IMG/VR virus record: IMGVR_UViG_3300042295_001683
Location: 1 to 64,000 of that record
From: a virus
Taxonomy: Duplodnaviria > Caudoviricetes
Reading direction: 5' to 3' (one strand)
DNA length: 64,000 bases
In this document: piece after piece, positions 31,298 through 41,735 of the stretch
How the letters are laid out: each line of letters begins with the position of its first letter
Numbering within the stretch: position 1 is the first letter of the stretch
Notes under the pieces: generated by a model
The model's database searches: none
What the model saw: the letters and a program-made list of their open reading frames with translations, nothing else
What the model was told of the DNA's origin: nothing
Position numbers and translations under genes: made by a program

Positions 31298-31564
31298 ATG
31301 ACGCACACGATCGCTTACGCTATGACGCACACTGAAAGCCATATAGAGCTTAGCGTTAAGCAGATTATTGAAGCATACGGATTTGCAAGATCAACTTTTG
31401 AGGATTGGCGCGATGCTGTTTATTCAGGAGTTGGCGATCCGCCTTATTCACAAGATGAATTGAAAATCATTCTTGAGTATGCTGAAAAGAGGTCTGCTAA
31501 AGCGTTTGGAGCTTCTAAAAACAAAAACACTCGTAAAATATCAAGGATCTTAAGATCGTTATGA
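31298..31564 (+). CDS. Putative HTH protein
   Basis: LSVKQIIEAYGFARSTFEDWR. Confidence 0.5.
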   Translation: MTHTIAYAMTHTESHIELSVKQIIEAYGFARSTFEDWRDAVYSGVGDPPYSQDELKIILEYAEKRSAKAFGASKNKNTRKISRILRSL

Positions 31565-32046
31565 CAACCCAATACAAGACTAAAGAACAAGTAAAAGCGG
31601 AACAATCCGCATCTCAAGATAATCAATCTCAAGATGTGTCACCCCAGAATCTAAGCATTACTGATGGTGTAACCAAATTCTATGAGACTCGTTGTGAGTT
31701 TTACGAGAACGTTTTTTTGCAAGCAGATCAGCAAGCGGCAAAAGATGTAATGGGAAAGTTCTTGACCTACGACAAAAGCAATCGCGAGGCAGTAGGCGGC
31801 GCTTTTTTTGGCAACCTTGCAACCAAGAGACAAGCTCTGAGCTTTGGGCTATTGCCATCGCTCTTTCTACCCTCCCATGTTGAAGCTGAAGCAGTTGAAT
31901 CCGAGCCATCAAACATCGAAACACTTACCGCCCGTTTTGACGAGCTTGTTACTTTGGAGCAAAGCTCAGAGATTAGCGATGAGTTGCTAACTGAGTTAGA
32001 TGAAGTTGAGGCAAGGCTTAAGGAATTGGGAGTGCTAAAGCGATGA
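31561..32046 (+). CDS. Hypothetical protein
   Basis: 161-aa coupled ORF. Confidence 0.6.
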   Translation: MTTQYKTKEQVKAEQSASQDNQSQDVSPQNLSITDGVTKFYETRCEFYENVFLQADQQAAKDVMGKFLTYDKSNREAVGGAFFGNLATKRQALSFGLLPSLFLPSHVEAEAVESEPSNIETLTARFDELVTLEQSSEISDELLTELDEVEARLKELGVLKR

Positions 32047-32887
32047 CCTCACGCGATTTAGCTACTCTCTCGTCCGTTGAGCTAATCGAGAGATTACAAA
32101 GCAAAGACAAAATAATTGCTCTGCTTGTTCTATCAATAATCTTTAGCTTGATTACTGGCGTATCAGTTGGATTTGCGATTGGGTTTTCTTCAGGCTGGAC
32201 ATCCGCACAAATACAGAGGGCAAAATGAGTATATTTTCTGCGATCGCTGAAGCTATTGTTGGCACTTCACAGCAAGAATGGGATTCTGAAGATTATCAGT
32301 TTATCTATTGCCGAGAAGAAGACCCCGCACTAGTCGAGCCTTTGACCTACTCCGATCATGTTAATAGCTGTGCCGATTTAGATGATTCAGGCAGCGAAGA
32401 TGACAGCGATCTAGAAACTTCTAGCAGTTGGATGTCATGGCTAGGGTTATAAGCATTGTTTTAACTATTGCGAGTTTAGGGTGTATCGGTTCTGTAGCCT
32501 ACATCCTGAACTCGCTACCAGATCAAATAACAGAATCAAAAGCAGCTTTCAAAAAGAATCAATTATTGCGAGAGATCCGCGATGTCTACAACCAGACAGC
32601 ACAACCTTAACCATGTACGAGCGATCAGCACTTCCTTTTTAGTTGCCATGAGTTCTTGTGTTTTGTCTGGTGTTTGGCTTACTGGTAGTTGGGTTTACTC
32701 TACCTATCTACAGCCAAAAGTTGCAGCAGTAGAGATTTCGGAATCTCGCAAAGAATTAGAGAAAAAGCATCGTGAATTGCTTGAGAAATCAGGATTTAAA
32801 AGCGATGTCAATCTTAGATCTGTTACTGATGAAAATTTAAAAGCTGCTAACCGCAAACTGGAAAAGGCACTGAGAGCAGGGCAATGA
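32043..32887 (+). other. Cluster of small, mostly single-TM proteins (32043-32228, 32225-32452, 32428-32610, 32582-32887)
   Basis: Translationally coupled ORFs, three with hydrophobic segments. Confidence 0.55.
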
Positions 32888-34209
32888 ACTTAACGAAAGA
32901 TTTCCATGTATCGCAGGTAGCGCTAGTTCTAGACTCTAAGCGCTACTCGTCTTATGGGAGTCGTGCGTGTAGTTTCACAACCTTAGTGCTTGCCTTAGCA
33001 ATCCCCTTTCAGTCGAGCGATTTTGCTAAGGGATCTATTTTTTTAGGTCAGCTAGTTTCAACTGTAAATTGTTTTTACTTATCAAAATTCAGATCGCGAT
33101 ATGCAGCAGAGAATCATGCAAACGTAATTCATAGAGCCAATGAGGGCTTATCTAATCATTTAGCGGTGTCCTATGCGCCGCCTAAGCGTGAGGTAACGAT
33201 TGCCCAATTAGAGATTGTTGAAAAGCCTAATTATTATGATTGGAATAATATTGCTGATGAGGCTGTTGGATTCCTGATTTGTGGCAATTCTGGCAGTGCT
33301 AAAAGCTCTCTTGCTACTTGGCTGGCTGGGCATTTGTCCAAAGATGAGCCAATGGCTGTAATTGCCCTTGACCCACACTGGAATGATTGTTGGAAACTAG
33401 CAGGGATTACTAGTATTGGCAAAATCGAAAAGATTGAAGCTGCTTTAATTTGGCTACTTTCTGAGCTAGACGCAAGATGCGATCGCAAAGGCAAAGGTGA
33501 ACCATTAGGAGATCCTTTATTTGTAATTTGTGATGAGCTAAACGCGGCGCTAGAACGATTCAAAGATAAAAAGGTAGTTGAATCAGCTTTAAAAAGATTA
33601 GGCAGTGAGGGACGCAAATTTGGACTTACCTTTTGCGGATTAAATCAAAGCTCAAATGTAAACGCGATCGGTATTGATGCCAAATACCGATCTAACTATG
33701 CATTGATTTTGCTAGGTCAATCAGCAAGAAGTCATGCTCAATTAGGCAAATCTTTTACTGATGTGGCTTATCCTTGCTTGCTTGATGGCAGTATCGCGCC
33801 ATCTATAGCAATTCATCCTACGCATGGGCATTATTCTACTTTCAGGAAGAAAGGTAATCCACCTAAAAACTTAATGCAGATTAATCAATTGCCTATTCCT
33901 AATGGGCTGCTAGCAATTATTAACAATGATTGCGATGATTTATCGCAGCCTACAGTATCGGTAAAATCTAGCGAGATTGTGGATACCCCTAAATCGCAAA
34001 TTACCGCGCCAACATTAAAAGCAATTATTAATTATTTGGATGGGCGCGATTGGGTGCGTGATAATTTAATCAGTCAATCAATCACTGAGTTTAAGGTAGC
34101 CAAAACACCGATCGCTGAAGTCCAAGGCTATCTGCAATATTTGGAGGTGCAGGGCTATGTGGAAACTCGTAACGCTGGAAGAAACGGATTAGAAGCAAGG
34201 AAAATATGA
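32884..34209 (+). CDS. Membrane-anchored FtsK/HerA/TraB-like P-loop ATPase
   Basis: N-terminal TM segments, Walker A GNSGSAKS, Walker B FVICDE, EGRKFG...NQS, possible C-terminal winged helix. Confidence 0.75.
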   Translation: MNLTKDFHVSQVALVLDSKRYSSYGSRACSFTTLVLALAIPFQSSDFAKGSIFLGQLVSTVNCFYLSKFRSRYAAENHANVIHRANEGLSNHLAVSYAPPKREVTIAQLEIVEKPNYYDWNNIADEAVGFLICGNSGSAKSSLATWLAGHLSKDEPMAVIALDPHWNDCWKLAGITSIGKIEKIEAALIWLLSELDARCDRKGKGEPLGDPLFVICDELNAALERFKDKKVVESALKRLGSEGRKFGLTFCGLNQSSNVNAIGIDAKYRSNYALILLGQSARSHAQLGKSFTDVAYPCLLDGSIAPSIAIHPTHGHYSTFRKKGNPPKNLMQINQLPIPNGLLAIINNDCDDLSQPTVSVKSSEIVDTPKSQITAPTLKAIINYLDGRDWVRDNLISQSITEFKVAKTPIAEVQGYLQYLEVQGYVETRNAGRNGLEARKI

Positions 34210-34380
34210 CATTAAATCAAAACATCCCATCAAGACTAAAAGAAGAACTTACTGAGCTTTTGATGCAAGTTTGCAACCCTCACAAAGTCGTTATTTCGCC
34301 AAAATTTGATGACGTTAACTACAAGTATTATTTGTTACCCGATGGCACGTACAGACAAGATAAACGGACTTTTGGAAACA

Positions 34381-34932
34381 ATGGAAAACTCAACTAATTT
34401 ACTTCTAATTCCAATCGCTCTAATCGTCTTCGCTTTTGTTTGCCGATGGCATACGGCGTTTGTGGAATCACAGCTCAAAGAACAAGATCGCACTATCTCC
34501 AATCTCAAAGACCAGATCGACGGAAGAGATGCGGCCCTTAGAGGTAGTGCCAAAATAATTCAAGGGCTAAATCAAGAAATCGAAAGGCTGCAAGAAGCTT
34601 CAAAAAGCGTTCAGCCTATAGCCCATAGCAGTGCTGAAAGGATTGACCAACTACGTGAAGTTATCGATCAGAATAACAAAGCTTTTGCTCAAGAGAATGA
34701 ACGGCTTTTAGCGGTAATTGAAGAGCGTTGCAATAAAATCGACATCCTAGAAGATAATCTTGACCGTTCCGACAGCGATCGCCTATCAGAGCTAACATCA
34801 ATCATGCGTATGGTGCAAGCCCTAGAATCAATACCAATGCTTGATAGACTTAGCGGCGCTATACACCTAATTAAGCGAGTGATTTACGATGCAATCTGTA
34901 AGCTCGATCCTAGCCAAGCTGTTGACCCTTAA
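34381..34932 (+). CDS. Membrane-anchored coiled-coil protein
   Basis: TM segment LLLIPIALIVFAFV then long heptads. Confidence 0.55.
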   Translation: MENSTNLLLIPIALIVFAFVCRWHTAFVESQLKEQDRTISNLKDQIDGRDAALRGSAKIIQGLNQEIERLQEASKSVQPIAHSSAERIDQLREVIDQNNKAFAQENERLLAVIEERCNKIDILEDNLDRSDSDRLSELTSIMRMVQALESIPMLDRLSGAIHLIKRVIYDAICKLDPSQAVDP

Positions 34933-35704
34933 TCACTTTCTCTAAATCCTTTATCTCAACCCGCAACTGAGCAATCGTACCTGTGTACTGTTCAATGATG
35001 CGGGTTTCTGCTAGCTGAATAATTTTTTCGATTCGCTCGTACCCCACATGCTTAATCTGATTGCTTTCCTCAATCCTGCGATCAATACTATTTAAGGCAA
35101 TTCTCAATTCTGATGCATGAATTTCTAATATAGAAGCTGTCTCTGTGGGAATGCTAGCGATCGCTTGTTCCAATGCTTGCACAGCTTCAGTATTGTGCCT
35201 AGTGGCATTAATCAAATCCTCATGCGCTTTATTTACCGACTCGTTAGCCTTAGCCAATGACTGTAAGGATTGAGCGTTTGCCGATGAAGTTTGGATTGCA
35301 TCAGACACTAAATGCAATAAGTCTTTTGTGATGGCTGTAGTGGTATCCATTCCCCTTGTAGCAAGTTGGGATACGGTATCGGACAGACCTTGATTAATAT
35401 CAATCTCTGCTTCTAGCTCTTGCCCTTTGCGGTTTTCGGATTGCAGTATCCTACTAGTCTGCGATCCTGACCATTGTTTCCCAATCTCTTTCCAATCCAC
35501 AAAGCCAGATAGCTTAGTCAAAATTACAGACAAAACAACTAGTCCAGTCCCTACAGCCCCTGTCCCTAAATTTATAGGTATTTCATTACTAGATCCGCTA
35601 TTTGGCGTAGACTGCGATTGTGGCTGCGATGTAGCCACTGCGATATAAGATTTCATTATTGAAACAATAGGGAAAGTATTAGAATGATTATGGCACTTTT
35701 TCAA
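34910..35704 (-). CDS. Membrane-anchored coiled-coil protein
   Basis: TM GTGLVVLSVIL followed by coiled coil; start uncertain. Confidence 0.55.
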   Translation of the reverse strand: MKKCHNHSNTFPIVSIMKSYIAVATSQPQSQSTPNSGSSNEIPINLGTGAVGTGLVVLSVILTKLSGFVDWKEIGKQWSGSQTSRILQSENRKGQELEAEIDINQGLSDTVSQLATRGMDTTTAITKDLLHLVSDAIQTSSANAQSLQSLAKANESVNKAHEDLINATRHNTEAVQALEQAIASIPTETASILEIHASELRIALNSIDRRIEESNQIKHVGYERIEKIIQLAETRIIEQYTGTIAQLRVEIKDLEKVIKGQQLG

Positions 35705-35714
35705 GGAATTTCAA

Positions 35715-35870
35715 ATGAACTCTACACAATGGCTAACTGTTTTGGGTGTTGTCGCTGGAGCATCCGAGCTAGCGATCTCGAAAAATATCTATCCCGAATA
35801 TGCGTCATGGGCTTTTGGCTTAAGCATTATCGGGATGGGTGCGTTAGGTAAGGGAGTGGAGAAAAAATAG
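35715..35870 (+). CDS. Holin-like 51-aa membrane protein (not in the ORF track)
   Basis: AAGGA RBS; MNSTQWLTVLGVVAGASELAISKNIYPEYASWAFGLSIIGMGALGKGVEKK, two TMs and a basic tail. Confidence 0.55.
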   Translation: MNSTQWLTVLGVVAGASELAISKNIYPEYASWAFGLSIIGMGALGKGVEKK

Positions 35871-35909
35871 AAACAAAAAAGCGCTCTGACTTAGAGCGCT
35901 TTTTTGTTT
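35871..35909. terminator. Bidirectional intrinsic terminator
   Basis: AAAAAAGCGCTCT-GACTT-AGAGCGCTTTTTT. Confidence 0.8.
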
Positions 35910-36162
35910 AAGAAATCTTGCTAGTATAAGTGCCGATCGCTGAATGGATCGGAAAAGTACAAATCACTGATTCCCCGATCAATACTTCTTTTGTACCTTG
36001 GTTGTAGGCTGTACGGATATCGCCATTAGCAAGCTGTACTTTATTAGCTCCCAAATAAGTTGCACTTACATTTCGTTGCGCGTCATCAATTGTGAGCTTT
36101 CGGTTGATAGCTAGCACTGAATCCATGAATGCTGTTGATAGTAAGTTTTCTATGCTCATAGT

Positions 36163-36987
36163 TTAGCTAAAAGTAATACTGTTTATTTCGATGTTGACCC
36201 AAACTTCAAACGGGATAGCCCCGACAGCATAGGAACCTGTAAATATTTGAGGGCTTTCGGTCAAAGTTTCGTCAAAAGTCCAGTTAACAGGCGGGGTAGA
36301 TTCTTCGGGAAACCCTTCTATTTTTATATAGCCAGTAATGGTAGTTACAATTGCAAAAGTTGAAGCAGTTAACAAAGGACTTTCAGTGCCCAAACTTATT
36401 TGTACACCCCTTTCTAGCGTTATTTCTATAGATGTATTTTCAAAAGCGATCGCATATTTAAGATAGGGGATTGAATTTCTAAAAATAGCTTCCCCTGTAT
36501 ATGCGTAATCGATATTATCTGAGGATATTACCTCTTCGCGTTCGGTCACTGGGATATAATCACCCTCCAAATTATAGCCAGCACCTTGGATACTATCAAA
36601 ACCTGTTAGTGTACTCCCCCCTGTGTAGGTAATGAGGACTTCATAAAACAGCCCAAGGAAAAATGCAGGGATTATAATATCGGGTTCAGTAGCTGATACT
36701 GCTACCAACCTATTCCTAGCGTCAACTCTTTGCAGTCCGCCTTGCTTATTTTTTCGCAAATATACTCGCTCACCAATTGGTAAAGGCGCGTTGCAAATCA
36801 GTTTAAATCCGCTATTTATTTCGCCATTTATTGCCACTCGATCCGTGCCATCAATAGGATCAATTCCCTGATAAGTTGCAAATGGATTTAGTAGCCCGTC
36901 ACGCTTTTCTTTTGCGTATTGATTACGCAATCGGTCGATTTGTGATTGACTAGCATTGCCAGCTACTGCATCAAAAAAATCTGTCAT
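36163..36987 (-). CDS. Putative tail-tip protein
   Basis: In the tail operon; N-terminus paralogous to the upstream 91-aa ORF (FF...ASQxQIxRL). Confidence 0.55.
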   Translation of the reverse strand: MTDFFDAVAGNASQSQIDRLRNQYAKEKRDGLLNPFATYQGIDPIDGTDRVAINGEINSGFKLICNAPLPIGERVYLRKNKQGGLQRVDARNRLVAVSATEPDIIIPAFFLGLFYEVLITYTGGSTLTGFDSIQGAGYNLEGDYIPVTEREEVISSDNIDYAYTGEAIFRNSIPYLKYAIAFENTSIEITLERGVQISLGTESPLLTASTFAIVTTITGYIKIEGFPEESTPPVNWTFDETLTESPQIFTGSYAVGAIPFEVWVNIEINSITFS

Positions 36988-37259
36988 TGTGGCGCTCTAA
37001 AGTCTGCAAAAGTTGTGTAACTATTTTTAGTAGTAGACAAAGAAACTTGCGACGGCGGCGCTCCAAAATTACCAAGATTGGCGGCTTGTATGCCGCCGTC
37101 AGCAGTCGTTACGATAAATTCACCTGTACTAGAATCAAACCCTGTTACCGAGCCAATCTGTATTGGTTGTGGTAAAGACGCTTTTTCGGATACAGATTTT
37201 AATCGATTGATTTGCGCTTGGGAGGCGCTTGCGATGACAGAAGTAAAAAAATTAGGCAT
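36984..37259 (-). CDS. Putative minor tail protein
   Basis: Coupled ORF in the tail operon. Confidence 0.55.
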   Translation of the reverse strand: MPNFFTSVIASASQAQINRLKSVSEKASLPQPIQIGSVTGFDSSTGEFIVTTADGGIQAANLGNFGAPPSQVSLSTTKNSYTTFADFRAPQ

Positions 37260-38079
37260 TTCCTAAACTCACTTTAAAATTACCAGATGGAATAATTAGT
37301 TCTTGACCAACAGTAATATTTTGGGTTGACACTGAACTAAAAACAATTAGATTAGTGGAATCAAACAAAGCGACAGAATTAAAGCCAGTAGCAGCGGCGA
37401 TCGCATTGCCATAATTTATATTATTTACAACCTGAATTTGGCGAGTATTACCTACAGTGCTAATTGCAGACCATCCACTGCTAGGGATTGAGAATCTCCC
37501 GCCTGTAGCAACTGTAGCTGTAATTTCAGTAATAGTGCCATTGGTAGCAATCGCTGTTGCAAGCGCTAATTGATTGGATGTTGGCGCTGTACCTGCGCTT
37601 GATCCTTTTAACCAATTTAGTTGCAAGTCTCTGGCGTAAATACTCCAGAATAGAATATCCAAATCAATGACTATATTGCCAGACGCTCTCGAAACACTAT
37701 CGCCACTACCAAAACTTAGAAGCTCTGTTACTCCTAATGCGTTACGGAATGGGAACCCGCCTAAAAAATTACCACTGGTAGAAGCGTCCCAAAAACCAAA
37801 GAAAGGCAGATTGGAGCCAGCCGCGATCGATGTCCCAAAATTCAAAGATGCTGTGCTAACAATCCTTCGATTATTCCCTACAGTAGCAGGAGTGCTAAAG
37901 TTACTGGAAGTGTACGAAGCTCGACCGCTAAAGTAAGTACCTGTTACCTCATTTGCGCCTGTAAGAGCGGGATCGGCGCTGTGAATACTTGCGTATAAAG
38001 TAGTAGGGGCTGTACCCGCGTTGGTTCCCTTAAAATGATGATTAAGGAATTTGTCGATAAAGTAGCTGGAAAGTCCCAT
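37252..38079 (-). CDS. Phage tail protein with a duplicated domain
   Basis: Two repeats (GTNAGTAPT...FGFWDASTSGNFL; GSSAGTAPT...ALFDSTNL). Confidence 0.7.
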   Translation of the reverse strand: MGLSSYFIDKFLNHHFKGTNAGTAPTTLYASIHSADPALTGANEVTGTYFSGRASYTSSNFSTPATVGNNRRIVSTASLNFGTSIAAGSNLPFFGFWDASTSGNFLGGFPFRNALGVTELLSFGSGDSVSRASGNIVIDLDILFWSIYARDLQLNWLKGSSAGTAPTSNQLALATAIATNGTITEITATVATGGRFSIPSSGWSAISTVGNTRQIQVVNNINYGNAIAAATGFNSVALFDSTNLIVFSSVSTQNITVGQELIIPSGNFKVSLGNA

Positions 38080-38089
38080 GATTTTTCAC

Positions 38090-39976
38090 CTATAAAGTAG
38101 CTAATCCGATCATTGTATTTGGCTTAATTGGATTGTAATTAATATACAAATCTGCTAAGCCGATCATTGTAGAAGGGGCGATCGGGTTGAAATTTATACG
38201 TAAATCTGCAAGCCCGATCATATTAAAATTGCCTAACGTAATCGCAACGGGGCGCGATATTACCGTAGGGGTGCTAGCGGGGGCTGTACCAACTTCGATA
38301 CCGTTAAAAACTAACCATGCTTCTGTCCCATTTAATCCCCATTTAATGCAATCTAATTTTAAGTAATAAATTAAATCTGCGTCTGTCACCGCTACATCCG
38401 CAAAAGGCTTAAAAGCACTACTTAAAGCTGTGTCAGTAATCGCGCCGCCAAATTGCTGACCATAAGCACGCCCTGATAATATGCGATTAAATCGAGAGCC
38501 ATAATCAACTAATTGAGACTGATCAACTGTGTAGGGTACATCTATTGTTCTTTGCCTTGGTCGGTACGGATCGGCGGCTAATTGCTGTGCAAATATTTCT
38601 GCTTTTAGCTGTACTTCTTCTGTAGTGTTTGTGCTTGCATCACCAAAATTTGTAGGTGGGCCAGACGTATCTTTATCGTCGCTAAAGTTTGCCGCTGTAA
38701 ATAGCACAGTAGGATTTTGATCGCCTAATGCCGTCCCTTTAAAAATTACTCCTGCTGGTTCATGTCGAGTATAAGTTTTAATCCATTTTTGCGATCCTGT
38801 GTTTACCCATTCATAATCTTCTCTTTTAGCCGTAATTAGTACTGAAGGATTTTGATCGCCAAAAGTAGTTCCTTTTATAATTACCCCTGCTGGTTGAAAA
38901 GATGTTACAGTTTGAGCCGTAACAATCCCATTGACAAGAGTATAAGTATTTATGGATTTGTCAGATATAAATAGCACAGTAGGATTTTGATCGCCTAATG
39001 CCGTCCCTTTAAAAAGTACCCCTGCTGGTTCGCGTGTTTCTATGGTTTTTTCAAAAAATGTTGAACTTATCTCTGATGTGGTTATTGTCCTTTTAGCCGT
39101 AAATAACGCGGTAGGATTTTGATCTCCAAAAGTAGTCCCTTTAAAAAGTACCCCTGCTGGCTGTGTGTCAATTACTTCGCTAGGTGCGGTGTCTACAGGT
39201 ATTATTTCTTTTACCGTACCTGTAACTATTAATTTTTCAATTGGTTGTTCTGCGATATCACCGATCGCGTCCCATAATTTTTCGTCAGAGCCAATTATAT
39301 AAGAAGCGATAGCACTGCCAGAATAGATGGCACTGATAGGCTCTGCGATTACCGTACCAGCGCTATTGCATCGCAAATAGTACCCTGCACTATCAGCGAT
39401 CGCCCCTGCAAATCCAATAAAATTACCAGTTTGCTTTGGCAGTGGATAGGCGATCGGATAGGGGATAGAGTCAATCGAATTAGCAACGTCGATATAGTTA
39501 AGGATATTTGTGATTACGGTATTTCTTGCTAATGGTGTACCCGCCGTAATACCAGATATATCTTGATTTGGTTCGGGTGGAAAATTCTCTAAAGCTAATC
39601 GACAGCCAATTTCCAAAGATAATTCTAATATGCCATCCATATTCCTTTTTGGTTTTTGAGGCATTTTTAGCAAATGCAAAGCTTGCCCACTACAAGGCAG
39701 ATAAGTAAGCGTTCCTGATGTATTTGCAGTTCGGATCGTGACTAGTTGACCCCGTTTCCATTGACTAGGGTTAAGTCTAGGATTAGGTGAACTTGGCACG
39801 GTTGAATCGTAGCGAGAAATTTTAAGATTAATGGAGCCTGTGACTGGCATTAATCCAGTCCCAACCTCATATTCTGGATAACCCAAAATTATTCCAGAAT
39901 CAAAGCTAATCCAGTTAGTCCAATTTTGCGATCCTATAATTAATTCGCATCTGCGAGATGAGAGATTAAGCGTCAT
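38090..39976 (-). CDS. Putative tail hub/baseplate protein with internal repeats
   Basis: Four PAGV(L/I)(F/I)KGTxxGDQNPxxL repeats and three MIGLA repeats; position in the tail operon. Confidence 0.65.
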   Translation of the reverse strand: MTLNLSSRRCELIIGSQNWTNWISFDSGIILGYPEYEVGTGLMPVTGSINLKISRYDSTVPSSPNPRLNPSQWKRGQLVTIRTANTSGTLTYLPCSGQALHLLKMPQKPKRNMDGILELSLEIGCRLALENFPPEPNQDISGITAGTPLARNTVITNILNYIDVANSIDSIPYPIAYPLPKQTGNFIGFAGAIADSAGYYLRCNSAGTVIAEPISAIYSGSAIASYIIGSDEKLWDAIGDIAEQPIEKLIVTGTVKEIIPVDTAPSEVIDTQPAGVLFKGTTFGDQNPTALFTAKRTITTSEISSTFFEKTIETREPAGVLFKGTALGDQNPTVLFISDKSINTYTLVNGIVTAQTVTSFQPAGVIIKGTTFGDQNPSVLITAKREDYEWVNTGSQKWIKTYTRHEPAGVIFKGTALGDQNPTVLFTAANFSDDKDTSGPPTNFGDASTNTTEEVQLKAEIFAQQLAADPYRPRQRTIDVPYTVDQSQLVDYGSRFNRILSGRAYGQQFGGAITDTALSSAFKPFADVAVTDADLIYYLKLDCIKWGLNGTEAWLVFNGIEVGTAPASTPTVISRPVAITLGNFNMIGLADLRINFNPIAPSTMIGLADLYINYNPIKPNTMIGLATL

Positions 39977-40052
39977 ACAGCTAACCCTCCATCAAATAAA
40001 GTTAGCTGCCCTTTTGGTGCTGCTTTTGGTTTTTTAGTTTTCACAGGTGCGA

Positions 40053-40784
40053 TCATATCTTAACCCCTGTCTCTTGCAACTCAAACACTGCCATCACATT
40101 ACCAACCCCCGTATCTGGGCTAAACGTTGGCTCAATAGGCATTTTTACCTGTAACTTAGGGTAATAATTTACCCCGCCGTTTCGCTGGAAGGGCGTGCCA
40201 ACAGATGAACGGGTTTTAGTTGACGATGTTTTCCCCTCTTCAAAATACAGTGTGATTTCGTCAGTCAACTCTAAGTATGGCGAACCTGTTAAAGTCTGAG
40301 CACGCCGTATATTATTAGCTGTAGACCACATTGCGCTTAACTTTAGTGAATCAGCGATACTAACTTTTGCTTGAATATTGTATTGTTGCGGATCTTCAAA
40401 ACTAATGCCCGTATCGATGAAATTTCCGTTTACGCTAAAAGTCCCATTTCCTGATAACCGAGAACTTTGGCGGGGCGGGGGAGAATCAGAACTAAAATTC
40501 CTGAATACAACACTCAGATAAACGCGGATCGAGTGCGTACCACTTCCACCGCTAAGACTTATAGCCGATCCCCCTTGCGTAGCTGACACGGTAATAGTCG
40601 AGCCTACACTCACGACATAATAGCTAGTATTAAGTGCTAGACCCGTTGGCAATGTGCCTGTGGTAGTAAAGCGCACGATATCGTCAACCGCAAATACTTG
40701 CGTGAATGGTGTTATGGCGCTACCACTAAAAGTAAAAGTATAGCTACGCCCAAAATATACGAGTGTTAAGTCGCCAACAGCCAT
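40053..40784 (-). CDS. Putative distal tail protein
   Basis: DDIVRFTTTGTLPTGLALNTSYYV...SATQGGSAI insertion domain typical of tail proteins. Confidence 0.6.
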   Translation of the reverse strand: MAVGDLTLVYFGRSYTFTFSGSAITPFTQVFAVDDIVRFTTTGTLPTGLALNTSYYVVSVGSTITVSATQGGSAISLSGGSGTHSIRVYLSVVFRNFSSDSPPPRQSSRLSGNGTFSVNGNFIDTGISFEDPQQYNIQAKVSIADSLKLSAMWSTANNIRRAQTLTGSPYLELTDEITLYFEEGKTSSTKTRSSVGTPFQRNGGVNYYPKLQVKMPIEPTFSPDTGVGNVMAVFELQETGVKI

Positions 40785-40945
40785 GAGTGAGTTAGGGGAT
40801 TTTGATTAATTATCGCACATCACAAAAATAGTACTTGACAAATAATATTAGTGTGTAGTATATTGATTTACATCAGGACACAACACACCCGCAAACGCCG
40901 CAACCTGATAGCGGTACTCAGTTAAAGAGGGGCTGAGAGAAAGAA

Positions 40946-41473
40946 ATGGGATGGATTCACGCAGGTAACAGTGAAAGCACTAGTGATGGCGGTGCTGGCT
41001 ACACAAGAAACGCGGCGGCTGTCCGTGACATCGTGAAACATCACGATGTTGACGAGAAAACAGCATGGGCGCTAGTAGCTTTGTTTTCGTGGCAGAAAAA
41101 CACCACGATCCCTGATCAGGTGGCAGACAGTGACTATGTAAGAAAGTGGATCGAATTCCCCTACTTTCAGGCTTTTCTTCCCGTATTTTTGAAATACGGA
41201 TGGACTTCCAATGTCGAAAGATTCTTGGAGTCGTGGATATACCACAATCAGGATTTCCATCAACTGATGGAAAAGTACTTCCCTGAGATCGCTGCACCCG
41301 CCCCCGCACCTGTTCAATCTGAATGGGTTGACTATGAGGCTTTGTACGAAGCAAAGCACAATGTCAACCTCCGCGACAAAGCGGAAAATGACGAAAACTG
41401 GTACATGAATGAAGTGTACCCCCTTAGTCTAAAAGATTGGGCTAAGGTGCAACTAGAAGCAGTTAGCTTTTAG
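40946..41473 (+). CDS. Hypothetical acidic accessory protein
   Basis: Downstream of promoter TTGACA(40835)-18-TATATT. Confidence 0.65.
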   Translation: MGWIHAGNSESTSDGGAGYTRNAAAVRDIVKHHDVDEKTAWALVALFSWQKNTTIPDQVADSDYVRKWIEFPYFQAFLPVFLKYGWTSNVERFLESWIYHNQDFHQLMEKYFPEIAAPAPAPVQSEWVDYEALYEAKHNVNLRDKAENDENWYMNEVYPLSLKDWAKVQLEAVSF

Positions 41474-41481
41474 GCTAGGCA

Positions 41482-41673
41482 ATGGTAAACCGACCTGTAG
41501 GCAGACCGCGAAGTAGCGATCGCATCAGGAAACAATTTTTGCTTACTCAAAAGCACATTGATATTCTTGAGGCAATCGCTATAAAACAGACTCTTGTAAC
41601 CTCGCAAGGTTCTTATAAAGGTCAGCCAAATATCAACGCGGCGATCATTTGGTTGATTGAAAATTATCAATAA
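41482..41673 (+). CDS. Small AT-hook/RHH-like regulator
   Basis: RPVGRPRSSD arm; paralog of 43303-43497 (shared KGxPNI). Confidence 0.65.
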   Translation: MVNRPVGRPRSSDRIRKQFLLTQKHIDILEAIAIKQTLVTSQGSYKGQPNINAAIIWLIENYQ

Positions 41674-41735
41674 AAAAGAGTTCATTCAAGGTTAAACATA
41701 TAAAAAGTATGTAGTTCTATTTGGAGATTAAAATT

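Noticed and set aside
37695-37704. Self-target of the 13-nt spacer (CACTATCGCC)
   Set aside because: Only 10 of 13 nt match, inside a tail gene; this is plausible by chance in 64 kb and the PAM is unknown. No self-match of the long spacers was noticed by eye, but the search was not exhaustive.
38690-39170. Diversity-generating retroelement TR/VR pair
   Set aside because: The repeats are in-frame protein repeats without evident adenine-specific variation, and there is no reverse transcriptase in the window.
40895-40940. Hammerhead ribozyme in the 5' leader (CTGATAG)
   Set aside because: Two hairpins are present but the CUGAUGA/GAAA core and three-stem junction cannot be built.
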